A stretch of DNA of 64,000 nucleotides, taken from Raillietiella orientalis. Lineage: Eukaryota. Location of the stretch: positions 5,084,001 through 5,148,000 of the forward strand of contig JAYWIR010000007.1 of assembly GCA_036172245.1 (NCBI GenBank). Direction: 5' to 3'. The notes under the pieces are model-generated. The model had not been told where the DNA came from. It ran no database searches and worked only from the letters and a program-made list of their open reading frames with translations. This document shows, in pieces, positions 1 to 11,900 of this stretch (position 1 is its first letter; every line of letters begins with the position of its first letter). The position numbers and the translations under genes are program-made.

Positions 1-700
1 GGAGCAATTCGACCGCCCTTCGCCTGCTACACGCGAGGGAGGCGCTCCCCCTTAACCCTCTTGTCACATGGCGCCCAGAGCACATGGGGGACTCCGATGC
101 AAGAGGAGCACCATATCGTGTCGCCACCTGAGGGGAGGAATGGAGCTGTCCGTGCCCAAGGGAGGGACGCGCAGTTCCCCACGACGCACTCGGAAGTTTC
201 GGCCAACCAGCAAAGTCCCTTCTCCTGGGAGCATGGTGTAGCCATGTCGGCCGGCACTTTCCAGGTGCACCCACTCCCGCGATAGTGCAGGAGATCCACG
301 GATCCTTGCCGCCAAGCGTGAAACTTCTCAGGAAGGTGGGAGTGATCCGGTCCGCGCTTGAAGAGGTTCCCGTCTTGGAGAGTTTTCGGGTGCCGAGTTC
401 ACATTCTCGGGAGGTTCGTCCAGGCCTCCGGCTTCACTGTGCAAGGAACGAGCTGCCGCAGGGGGTGGCATTGCATTCATGGAAAGGTGAAATGCTGGGC
501 TTGGAGCAGTATGAAAGTCCCTCCGACAGTGGCGACGGTTCCCAAAAGAACGTAGTAAAGCCTTGTGCGCTGCGCTGGCGAGAGCACCAAGGAGCACATT
601 CGACCCTCAGAGGTCGCTGTCTCCCGTCTGAGAACCTGAGAGAACTCCGTAGCTGACATCTTTGGGGCATCTCCAGGCAGAGACAAGTACCACTCTTGTA
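1..700 (-). mobile_element. Degenerate L1/Tx1-like LINE fragment (post-RT region of ORF2)
   Basis: Broken minus frames give TSEGRMC..TRLYY (LSxxGR..L.Y-like) and EAGGL (PxxxGGL-like). DNA near 280-350 resembles the 2070-2150 segment of another copy. Confidence 0.45.
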
Positions 701-915
701 CACTCTTTAGGCAGTGGGGTCACTGCCTAAAGCGTTTTCGTTGAGTCCACTCGCCAGAAGCGAGGGAATTCCCTCCCCCCTCCTCCCCGCGAGGTGCGCT
801 CGGAACGACAGGCGGTGCGAGGAGAAACGCCTCGAGCGTGATTCCGTTGTGCGCACGCATGGGAGGTTGGTGGCGACCACGGCATTTCTTTCCTCTTTCT
901 CCCCCCTCCCTCCTT

Positions 916-1500
916 CTTTGGTCGCCCCAAGGCGTTTATTGTGAAAATAGCAAAAAAACATTTACTCCGCTCCCCATTCCCCCCTCCAAAAAAAAAGAAA
1001 TGAAAAGGTCTTCTGCCCGCCGCGGGAGTCCAATCCAGGAAGTCTTGAAGGACATTGCTTCCGGGAAGCAGTCGCCGGAAAAGGACCGCACAAGGAGAAA
1101 AGAGGCGAAGGGAAGTCAACTGGAAATAAAAGGAAAGTCGGGCAAAAAGTCCCGAAAGGCACGGCGGGAGGGGAGAGTTATCCCGGCGTCATCCCGAGGA
1201 TGGCGCCTAGCTCCTCCCCGTCGCGCGTCGAGTGCGGCCGTAGCGCTGCGATCCTCGGGAAGCAACAGGCAAGGGAGGTGACTTTTCCGCCCCCGCCCTC
1301 GGGGCTGCTGGTCGCCACGGCTGCACAAGCGCAGCGCGAAGTTGCGGTCGCCGCTCGGCAGGCGACGTGGCGCCGCTCCCGAGTCGGCACGGCCTCTCTC
1401 TCGACCCCCAACCTGATCGCCTGCGCGTCTCTTCCCGACCCAGGAGCAGCCGAGAGAGGTGACCAGGACGGAGACGCCCTCGTCCCGCTGCGTGTCGGAC
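916..1500 (-). mobile_element. LINE 3' fragment with 3'UTR and terminal hairpin
   Basis: LACCFPRIAALRPH..EELGAILGM aligns with FAVLFTKMATRWPH..EPAGILERV of the 10.4-11.2 kb copy. T-rich UTR follows, ending AATAAACGCC-TTGG-GGCGA-CCAA. Confidence 0.6.
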
Positions 1501-2184
1501 CTTTGGGAAAACCTAGCGGGGCCGCTTTCATCTCGGCGGAGCCCGCAGGAGGCTGCGTATTCGCCCGCCCCTTTCCCTGCACGTCCCAGGATCGCCCTTC
1601 CGGGACGCTCCCTGGAAGGTTGAGACGGGCGCTCCCTTCCCTCCCCCGGACCTCGGCAGCGTGGGGAATGCTGCCGCGAAACGGCCTTCCGCCCCCCTCG
1701 CGGGGAGGAGCGAAGAGGGAAGAGGGCAGCTGCCCGCCGTGCAGGCCGGGAGCGATTCCTCGGAGACGATGGGAGGCGGGACGCAGAGCACCGTCTCCGT
1801 CGCCGCCTTTCGGCAGCTTCTCGTCTCCTCATTCGAGGAGGATCCGGACCTCCTAGGAAAAAGCCCTGCAGGGCGTTGCAAGGTCCCGGATGCGATACGG
1901 AAACACTTGTTGACGCCTCGCCAGGATGCCGGTTTGTGCCGGCATTCTGACTATCCACCAGATCGTACCGCAGGTGCAGTTCTGACCTCTGACTCTTTGT
2001 GGCGCATTTTAGACATGCCACATCCTCCGGGGATGCTCAGGAAGTGCCTCCACGCAGCCCACGTAGGGGGACCGGATTTGGCTACCCCCTTAGGCATCTG
2101 TCCTCAGTTCTGGTAGCTCACCCGTGGATCCCCTGCCTCACTCTACGCTGGAACGCCTAGTAGCAGGAGACGCTGGATTTCTAG
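937..2184. repeat. 1.25-kb near-perfect inverted duplication, arm 1 (partner 15340-16588)
   Basis: Direct reverse-complement match with only a handful of differences. Identical ORFs appear on opposite strands (1116..2021- = 15503..16408+). Confidence 0.97.
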
Positions 2185-2320
2185 TTGAGCCTCGCCAGGA
2201 TGCTGGTTTGTGCCGGCATCCTGACTATCCACCAGATCGTACCGCAGGTGCAGTTCTGACCGTCTCCGTCGCCGCCTTGCGGCGACTTCCCGCCTCCTCA
2301 TTCGGTGAAGATTCGGGCTC
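1500..2320 (+). mobile_element. LINE fragment (end of RT and linker)
   Basis: Eroded motifs in the expected order: SGAAF, LHVPGSPF (KxLGxxF-like), SAPLAGR (LSxxGR), KHLLTPRQDAGL (LxxPxxxGGL). Confidence 0.55.
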
Positions 2321-2363
2321 GGCGCCTGTTTTATCGTAAAAATAAATCTTTACAATAAAACAG

Positions 2364-2930
2364 TCAAATAAAGTTTTCCCCTCCGCCTCGGGAGTTTAGG
2401 ATGACTTCCACAATGATGATCGGAACACTGACCGCGCTTTCAACGGCTGCCTTCACGACTTTCTCCGTGGCAGCTTCGACCGCGCTTATCCGATTGAGCG
2501 CCGCCAAGCAGTCCTGCGCCCGCTTGGCGATCGCTTTTTTTGGTATGGCGATTTTTTTTGCCTTCTCCGTTCTTGGAGATTTATTTTCTTCGATGCCCTT
2601 CACTTGCTATCCCGTTTCATCGGTTGTTCCCCCCCCCCCCCCCCCTCTTTTGGAAGTTTGTTTCGACGAAGTTTTCATCGGCTTCGCTGCGGTGTACGTG
2701 TTCCTTTCTTTCCTCGCCTTCTTCACGCCGATCCCTTCCTCTCACCGACTCTTTTTTCCCATTTCGCGTTGGGAACATGGCGGGCGAGTCCGGAGGGCAC
2801 GCAAACTTCGTGTGGCCCCTCGGTCCGCAGCTTTGGCAAGTGATTTCCGGACACCTTCCCTTCAGGTGCCCAGTTTTATGGCAGTGGCTGCATACTTTCC
2901 AGGTCGACGCGTAATTCCCCTATTATTCAT
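2364..2930 (-). pseudogene. Frameshifted gag/ORF1-like ORF with two CCHC zinc knuckles
   Basis: 2892->2797 translates CSHCHKTGHLKGRC-PEIT-CQSCGPRGHTKFAC (two CX2CX4HX4C). The ATG at 2930 is one base out of frame. A basic, helical-looking tail follows after a poly-G tract and a stop. Confidence 0.6.
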
Positions 2931-4967
2931 GCGGAAGGGAGGCTCTTTCCCTTTGTGTACGGTCACGCGTGTGCGCAGTCGCAGTTCGGTTAAAATGATG
3001 GTTTACCAATTTCTTGCTCCTTTCTGGAATGAATGAAAGTTGCGGACAGGAATTCCAAAGTGATGCATATAACAAAACAAGTGAGAAAATACACACACAG
3101 TCTCAACATCTGTGTCCATGTCATCAATACTCGACTACTAACAAATAACGAGACCCTGACCACTTTCAATTTGTACTGCCTCAGTAGATTCCACCCTCTA
3201 TTATAAATGATCCACTCACAACCTTTATTGCATTAAACCCCCAAAGACTTGGTCATTCCTAAGCAGGAACTCCTGCTGCTATTTCAGAAGGCTTTACACA
3301 AGAACAATTATGTATTCTGGCTTAAATCTTATTACGTCGTCTCTGCGGTGGCAGCTTACAGGATGCAGCTTGCATCTGCAAAAGGTTGAACTTCTTTAAA
3401 GTTACACTTCTTTGTAGAAACTTAGATCCTCTCTCACATTTTATCCGGAAGCACAACGTCTGTGAAGAAATGAATGAAGTATTTGAAAAAGTAATTAAAA
3501 TCATTTATAAAAGGCGGAAATCAGGCACTGATGTGACAAATCATCAACTCCGAAACACGAGGGTTTAAATTGTATTCGTACCGAGGGAGGAGAGTTGGAT
3601 GCCAAGAGTTTCTATTGTAAATTGGTAACTGAATTTATCAGGAGCCAAATGCTGTCAGTTCCAACTAGGAACGAAAGGTGCTCATGTTAATTTGTGGATG
3701 TCTCATCTCGTGCAATCAGTGGAAGGTCAAAGCAAGCAATCGGGCAATCCTGCTCCTCTTACAGGAACAATCTACTGTTGGGACAAAGTTGGGTGGCGGA
3801 AGGAGGCTACAATTCCTGACTTATCACAAACTCCGTTAACAACAGCTATGTGTGTTTTCAACGCTGTACCTCGAGTTGTGTTCTGGCTTAAGTTTCCAGT
3901 CTCGAGGGCGAGTAGATGAAAGAATACATAACTAGAATTCATTATCATGAATCCATCAGATTGTTCTTGGAAATATAAGAAATAAATTGAAATCTGGAAA
4001 CCTGTCCTGTAAGAAATTTTTTATTGAACTTACACTAGAAGATTTTCTTGCACCGCACATGGATGTAAAAATGCATTCACGACCCTGTGGAATCTGTCAT
4101 ATGAAATACATTAAAGCTATTCAACTTTTGAAAAACTCTGATGCTGTTGTTTGTCACTAATGTATGTATTCTGGTAAATCATAAACTACTTGTTTGTTGT
4201 AACAATTTAACCATCATACCTTAACTTTACAAATATCAGCATATTAGGATTAAAAGAAAAAAAGAAAATTCCCATTTTGTGAGCACACCAGAATCGGTCC
4301 TTTACTATGAAAAGATTAGAAGCGAGCTAACAATTCATCATGATAGCTACCTACTACTCTTCCACGTTCATCACAGATTTCAGTCAATGGATATTAGGTA
4401 GATATCACATGTAAAATATAACAATATGTTTATCACATCACATGCCCTTCATTAGCTAAATGCTACTTGCACACTTCTGAAAAAAACTTTAAAGAATTTC
4501 CTAGTTACTTTCAATCTTTCCTCCCTCTATTAAATTCAAAATGCAGTTCATTCACATGCAATTCACATCTAATAGCTCTGCTCCAGATACATGATAAAAT
4601 TGTCTTGTATTTACAAAAAAAGCTGAAACCTATAATAAAAATAAATGCTTAAACAAATGATACAGATTTAAAACTAATATCCATAAAATAGTTTTAATAT
4701 TAGTCAATCTGCAATGTATTACATGGATAACATCAAAACTTGATAACAAAATCACACATTTACCATCATGATTGTCGATCACATTAATCATGATGAAAGG
4801 CAATCGACAAAATCCATGAGACCTCATCTTCCAAATGCATCACATTCACAAGTATGATGCATATGACAGTTCTGTATACACTTCTTTTTTTCCTATTTAT
4901 TTGCAAAAATGCCATAGCAGGCAAGAAAGGCAGATATTTCTTGGCTTTGCTTGGTGAGGAGATACCC

Positions 4968-5624
4968 TCACACTTGCTCTATAGCTTTGTTAAAAGTAGT
5001 TTCTTCCGGAGAGGTGAGGAGATTATCTATGTCGTAAAATGATGCATGCAAAAGAATAGATGAAAATGATACTCCTGAAAAATGCAGGCTTGCTTTGATA
5101 TAGGAGCTTTCAATGTCTTACCAATAATCCAGAATACAGCTGAACCTGCACCAACTAACCAGAACAGGGGAAATGATACCAAGAAAACAATAAAATATTG
5201 TTTGGACAAACTGAGCTCATGTGAGAATAAATACATTTTCTTGTAAGTATTCCGGATGGATAGAATGTAGCAAGCACCAATCAAGACTGCAAGAGTAAGC
5301 AGCAGCAGCGGAGAAGTCAAACTGCAAAACATGTTTAGTGATTGGTCTGCATCAAAATAATTTGATCAGTGATCAATAATAAAAGCTAAGTACTTGCATG
5401 CAGAAGATTATCAATCCAATCCAGGCACATAGATAATTGCTTTGGAAATACTCTAAATTTTTTACGACTCTTTGACTAAGACTGTGGAAATTCGAGGGGC
5501 CTTGGAAACCAGAAGGGTTAAGAAATACAACCCATGGCTTTACACTAAGTTTCCTTGCATTGACCCATTCTTTAAAAGTTGGATTGGCAAAACTGAGATG
5601 AATGGGAAAAGATGAAAATGGCAT
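4968..5624 (-). CDS. RABAC1: Prenylated Rab acceptor 1 (PRA1/Yip3 family), 177 aa from Met at 5624
   Basis: Exons 5626-5398, 5321-5122 and 5074-4968 splice in frame. Contains KPW..F, NLEYFQSNY, LTSPLLLL, GAGSAVFWIIG, LLHASFY and a C-terminal ..IEQV*. A phase-compatible upstream exon at 6268-6218 is possible but uncertain. Confidence 0.93.
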
Positions 5625-7501
5625 TCCTGAAAGGGATTAACATTGCTAGTTGAACTTTGAATAAACTAAAGAATTTTTTATACTTTATAGAGTACTTTAC
5701 AGTTAAGCAGTTCACTGAAATAGGCAGTATGCAATTCTTTACACTGAATCACAATACTTTATAATCCAAACATATTTAACAAACCAACATATAATTTGAC
5801 TACAGGGTAATTTATAAAGCGCTCTTATATCACGAAAGTGTCTCGATATTATATTGACCAACAATTTTCATTCGGGCATGAAAAAGTCCAAACGCAATTA
5901 CCCAACTACACAGGAGAAAACGGTGCAAGAGAGATGAAAGGCCTGGAACACCACACAGAAGATTCATTTTAAAATCCCTAAATATACAAGGTCTGCAGAT
6001 GGGAAAAACAAAACCTTTGAACACAAACGAACAAACCAGAAATTTCCGGAATTGGAACGCACGCTGGAATCTCTGCTACCTGTTCTTTAAGCAAAGCACG
6101 TTAAGCACTGCTTGAAAAAAGAAATAGCAACGGAACTGCCACAGTAAAGGATTACTCGCATCGGATGCTGACAAAGTGCACGAATTGCAGAAAACTTCAA
6201 TTTGTTGGAATACTTACTTGTAACTTTCAATGTCGGGCAATCTTTATAATGTTGTAAGGCACCAACAGCTGAGGCAAACCTTTATCATAGTAACGCATTC
6301 AGCACGAGAGTTTTCTCAGTTGGTAAAAATTGAATAACACGACAAAACTGGGGCAATTCACACTAAAACAGAGAACTCACACTCAGTCAACCTCAGTTTT
6401 GAGACGGGACATCATGCCATGCACACCTTGCATTTTTTTTTGCTTTTTTTTGTTACCATGGTTACGGAGGAAAAAGCGCAAACGCAAAAACCGAAAGGTT
6501 TCCCATCACACAGAATACCGTAATTAGATGAAACGAAATTCAAATCCCTTCTAATCACGTAAATGTGTACCTGAAATACACGCACGTTATGCACGCAAGA
6601 ATGCTACCGGTATCTGGTCAGGCATGAGAATCAGCATCTGTGAGCTCAGTTCCGGATGCTGAGTCTAAAGGAAGCCATGTGGAGGGAAGTTGGTCATACG
6701 ACGACACTGATAAGTTGGTAAAAGTCCGCTAGACCTATCGCTCCCTACTTTCGAGGGACCCCCCCCCCGCACCCGTGGCAGGACGGGAAGGCTGGATTCG
6801 ACACGTGCACACTCACTTGCAAGGATACATTTGCAATTGAAATTCTAATTGCCTGTGTGTCCCGAGTGGAATGACCCCGGCTTTTGCCATTCGGAAACAA
6901 GATTGTTATTCAAGGTCACCTCAAGTTACTGCACTTATTTTAACAATGCCAAGCTTGTACTGTTTTGTTTTTCTACTCATGTACACATGTGGAAACACAG
7001 ATGGATACCTTGAACAAGAACCTCAGCAGAATAAACGCAGGTGGGTGAGTATGCACACGCAAACATATATGTCCCATTGCGTACAGGTATGCATGTGCGC
7101 CTCGGTGCACTGAATGTACATGTATGTACATGAAGGTTCGTACAAAGATTCTTATTCGGAGGTCTTATTAGAAAGTTCCGTACATGGAACTGTCGTCGGT
7201 AGTCTCAAAGCTCAACCAGGTTGGGCAACGACTGATGGTTAAATCAGCACACGTTGACTTCAAGGGTCTTATTATTTTAATCATGCTTTATCCTTTTGTT
7301 TTCTCTTCTCATGGGCAGCATTTTGGGAAGGGCGGTCCACCATGTCCTGCAACTCCGTTATTTGTTATTCTCGGATCAGTGGCCAACAAACTTCCCACCA
7401 TTTAACGAATCAGTGAGAGCACTCGCTATGTGTGCGCCACTATGGACATTTGCATCACCACAGGTGCTTTTCTCTCAAGTAGAATTGCACGCACGCAGAA
7501 G

Positions 7502-8010
7502 TTATTCTCACATGAGCTCAGTTTGTCCAAACGATATTTTGTTGTTTTCTTGGTATCATTCCCCCTGTTCTGGTTAGTTGGTGCAGGTTCAGCTGTATTC
7601 TGGATTATTGGTAAGACATTGAAAGCTCCTATATCAAAGCAAGCCTGCATTTTTCAGGAGTACCATTTTCATCTATTCTTTTGCATGCATCATTTTACGA
7701 CATAGATAATCTCCTCACCTCTCCGGAAGAAACTACTTTTAACAAAGCTATAGAGCAAGTGTGAGGGTATCTCCTCACCAAGCAAAGCCAAGAAATATCT
7801 GCCTTTCTTGCCTGCTATGGCATTTTTGCAAATAAATAGGAAAAAAAGAAGTGTATACAGAACTGTCATATGCATCATACTTGTGAATGTGATGCATTTG
7901 GAAGATGAGGTCTCATGGATTTTGTCGATTGCCTTTCATCATGATTAATGTGATCGACAATCATGATGGTAAATGTGTGATTTTGTTATCCATGTAATAC
8001 ACTGCAGATT
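7502..8010 (+). pseudogene. Inverted partial DNA duplicate of PRA1 3' half (copy of ~4705-5230)
   Basis: Near-identical reverse complement that includes the 47-nt intron, last exon and 3'UTR. A few substitutions and a 16-bp deletion between TGTTATC repeats. Confidence 0.95.
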
Positions 8011-9149
8011 TCATATGCGTCCAACTTTTGGTTTCAAAATATTGAACAACTTAAAGAAATCGCTGCTGATAGACGGCATTGTCAATTTCAGAATGAGACT
8101 TCCTAGTGAGGGTGAGTGTACATCGGTTTGCTGCTAATATGCATAATTTGAGTGTACCGTACCGGTTACAGATCTGTTTTGAGCTTGTGAAAAGCACATG
8201 CAAAAAGCAGTATGTGGAATCTTTGGAGTGCATGTTCATCACTGATGAGCGCTGATATCATGAATTTTCAAGAACCTAAAAACATTTTTTTGATTGGCGC
8301 AAATATGATTTCCAGCGAAACAGTTCAGCAGGTTTTGCAGCACAAAGTAAAAAGAAAATAAAACCACTTAAGAATGAAATACCAAAACACACAAATCCGC
8401 TCCAAGATGTTCAGAAATGACTCCCAATGAAAACCAATGCAACTGGTCAGTGATCATCGAAAACACGGGCAATTCCTTGAGGAATTACTGGTACTCCTGC
8501 CTGTTGGTTTTCGGTAATCACTAGAAATAACAGTGGTGGCATATTCGTTGAATTATAGACATCCAAGAAACAAGTCCTCTTAGGGCCCGAATCATGTCCA
8601 AAATGGAAAGATGCAGAAAGCACAAACGAAAGTTTTCTCCCCCGAACGCGATAGAGCATCAGCAGCATCTCTCTTTTGTTTCGTATTCGAACATCAAGGA
8701 TAGATTATCCCAAACAGATGGTACAAAGCCAATTCGGACAACTTAGTTTTCCATGGCAACCTTATGAAGAGTAAGGCTTTTGGAGTAAAGCAGAACAGAT
8801 GCTCCCTCCCCCCCCCGTACGATGTTTTGGGGAGATTCCAGTTAGCATCACCACGTAAGAGCTGTGCAGACCTCTGTAAGCATCGTGTCTTCTGGAAAGC
8901 CCAAGAAGAAATGCCGTGCTCTTCATCCTATTTTTTCCCCAGTTCAGACTTGAGAATCATCTCTCAGTCAAGCCACGGTCAGATGCTTCAAGCATCTGTG
9001 GATTCATGGTCCTGCCGTCTCCAGAAGGCAGAGTCGGTGCTCGGCCTGTTCCTGGAAGGCAGCTTTATCATGCCGGAACGGGAGTAGGTCTGGGACATTT
9101 TTGCTGTTCCCGTTCTAATGGCCCTTTCGGACACAGGAAGGTTCCATTT

Positions 9150-9560
9150 CCCAATGAAAAACGTGTGTGCTACGCGTCCGGATGGAGGACCTGGTCTCCT
9201 GCCGCGTGAGCGAACGGGAGCTTCAGCTCGATTCTAAGAGGCTGGTCTTGCTGACCGAGAAGTGGGCCACCCACTGGTGCGTCCCAGCACGTCTGCCCGA
9301 CCGGGAAGCGACTGGCCGCGAAGGACCAGCAGCCCTGCTTTCTCGCAGCCGCCTACGGCTTCCCCCCCTCTGGCAAGTGGCCACCCTCGCAAGAGCACGC
9401 AGTCGGTCTCCTGCCGCCCCACGAACGCCCACGCCTAAAGGCAAGAGGCATTTTCAACCTGGACCGAGCAGGCGCAATCCTGAGAGTGAAGTGACCAAGT
9501 GCCATCTGTACACCCAGAACGCCAGGAGGATCGTGGAGACGGCGGGCAGTGAGCTGCTAG
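9150..9560 (-). mobile_element. Degenerate LINE fragment
   Basis: GLLVLRGQSLP resembles the LLxLxWxLP motif. Patchy reverse-complement similarity to 9840-9960 and same-strand similarity to 15320-15365. Confidence 0.4.
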
Positions 9561-9649
9561 CCTGCCCATCAGCCGCCTCCCTCGCCCGCAGCGGCATCCC
9601 TCGCATCCGGGAGCCACGTCACCCGCCTACGGACGAGGTGTGAGGTTTC

Positions 9650-10200
9650 TAGCGAGATCTCGGGCTGTAGGAACCTCCAGGCGTCTGCGCTGTGCGTCAG
9701 CTAGCTGGAGCCTGCGGCGAACTTGACCCCTACCAGAGGGCATGTCCGCTCCTCGGCGTTTCGCCGGAAGTGTTGGAGATACCTCCCGGCTGCCGCCAAG
9801 AACTCGCGCCTTCCCCTCGGTCGGCGCTGCTGATGCTGCGTTGGGCTCTCCCACGCAACGCACACCGCCACCTCTAGACGCGGGTGAGGGAGGGAGCACC
9901 AGTGTCGACTGCGCCAGGTGCGGTGAGGAAGAGGTCTTCCCCGGCCCACTAGTGACATGTGTTGCCCTGATGGCATCATGGGAACATTCCTCCACGTCCT
10001 CTCCTTCCCCAGTGGACCACTCTCGAACACCTCGAGGAACCTCCTGGTGTGGAGTGCACGGTCGCCAGCTGCCCCCCGTCGCAGCGACGGGCCTCCGACA
10101 GCGACGGCAGCGGCTTGGCTGGGCTGGCCGGGCTGTGCGTCTCACCGATTCCGATCGCCCATTGGGGGGGACGCCGACGAGTTCCTCACCTAGAGGTAGG
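9650..10200 (+). mobile_element. Degenerate LINE 3' ORF2 fragment
   Basis: SALLMLRWALP, DCARCGEEEV..LVTCVAL..WE and NLLVW..PAA..AAAW match the other copies. Confidence 0.62.
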
Positions 10201-10371
10201 AGAGAGGGGGAGAGAAAAAGAAAGTCTTATGAAATTAAGGAAGAAGTGGGGAGGGAGGGAAGGGATCGCATCCCGCGACGCGGAGTCCTCTGTGCCCCTG
10301 GCGGGATGCTGGAGAGCTCCTTTTTCTGGTTCCGTCTCTCTGCGGGGCAGGACGTCGGCGAAGGAGGTTTG

Positions 10372-11200
10372 TCACTCGGGTATGCCGGGAAGTTTATTTC
10401 ATAAAAATCAAAAAAATAAGCACTCACTGTTCGTGTGGTTGGACCGGTGGTCCAACCACGTCCACTTCCGAAGTAACCTGACGAGTTTCTGGTACGCAGA
10501 CAGGTGGAGTTCTCCTCGGCTGCATAGAGGAAGGGGCAAACAAAAAAAAATAAAATAAAATAAGCAAACTTCTGGGGGGGGGGATGATGTCCTGGTCGGG
10601 CGGTCCTCTCCACTCTTTCGAGGATGCCGGCAGGCTCTTGCTGCATGCTGCTTTTGTAATGAGGCCATCTCGTTGCCATCTTCGTGAAAAGAACGGCAAA
10701 GTGGATGTGCATTCCTGTCGCTCCGCCCTCCCATTGAGTATCTCTCCAGACCGCCACAGTTCCGCATAGGCAGCAGAGAGATGCTGCTTGCGAGGCTGCA
10801 GGCCGAAGGGTGTTGCGTAGGAGTAAGGGTCGTAAAGCATCCCTGGAGTTGCCGCCGAAGGTACCTGGGGTCGCTCGACTGCGTTCCCAGAGGGGCCAGA
10901 GGGCAACAACACAATCCACGAACAGGTGCGGGAGGGATTCCCCTTCCCGCACCTAGAACAGTTTGGGTACAAGGCCCCCGGGTCCAGTAACGCCTGCAGG
11001 TGTTGCATGGGAGGCCCTAGTGCAGCAGCAGCAGAGCTGACCACTTCGAGGGGAGGGTGCTAGTGTTCAAGAGCACCGGGGGCCTCCGCCGTAGGCTTTG
11101 CAGAGAAATACCCTGCAGCTCTCCCCAGCGCAGAAGTCCTCGAGGTAGGGCACTCGGGGTCGCAGTCTCAGCCAGACGACCCGTCGTCCACGCGTGCGGT
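10372..11200 (-). mobile_element. LINE 3' fragment with zinc finger, 3'UTR and hairpin
   Basis: SALLLLH*GLP, PNCSRCG/EGESLPHLFVDC (L1-type CCHC finger), conserved tail, T-rich UTR, AATAAACTT-CCCGG-CATAC-CCGAG. Confidence 0.75.
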
Positions 11201-11900
11201 CCTCTTCTACCACCTAAGGGGGCGTTGGTGGCTCCCTTCCCGTGCCGCCCTCCTTCGGCATCGTTCCTGGAAGCACAGCACGGTGCTGCGATGATGGGGC
11301 AGCTGTCGACCGGGCGGTACTCCGCCCAAGGAGGTTTCCTCGGGGTGCTACCAGAGTGGTCCACTGGAGGGACGGACGCTCCCACAATGCCCGCAGAGCG
11401 TCTCTAGCAGCTGGGGGAAGGAAGGCCCCTCTCCCCGTGCCTATGACGCGCACGGAGAGAGGGCATCCAGGCCGCCTCGCAGGACGGATTTCGGCGATAG
11501 GAGAGGAGGGAAGGGAAGGGGGGAAGTGGCAGTCTTCCCTATCGCCTAAAAAGTTTTTCCTGCCGTCTTGCAGGGTCACAGCTGCCATCATCCTCACCCG
11601 GAAGCCGGTGATCCCGACCGTTCCCTCTGCCTGAGATCGGCTACGCGCGTGGTCGATGGCGAAGCTCCAAGGTGCGGACGAAGGGGATCGGGCGCTGCTG
11701 GCGCGTGAATTTCCCTGTTTTCCCCTTTGCCTGCGTCCCCTCAGGCGAATGCGCGCCCTTTGCACGAAGATGCTGGACGGGACGAGGGACCTCCACGCTC
11801 TCTCGGAGTCCCACGTTCTCCCTTAGGTCACTCGGACTCCCTGGATTCCCCTGGTAGCCCGCGCGTCTCTCCGACCCCAGCAGTGATTCCCGGGGCCACC
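11200..11900 (+). mobile_element. Degenerate LINE fragment, inverted partner of 10372-11200
   Basis: The reverse complement of 11330-11410 resembles 10980-11060. 11710-11770 resembles the 3'UTR at 54620-54670 (CCCCTCAGG..AAT). Confidence 0.4.

Noticed and set aside
10372..11400. Classical L1 twin-priming 5' inversion
   Set aside because: The two arms cover the same part of the element and are diverged from each other, whereas twin priming gives complementary parts with little overlap.
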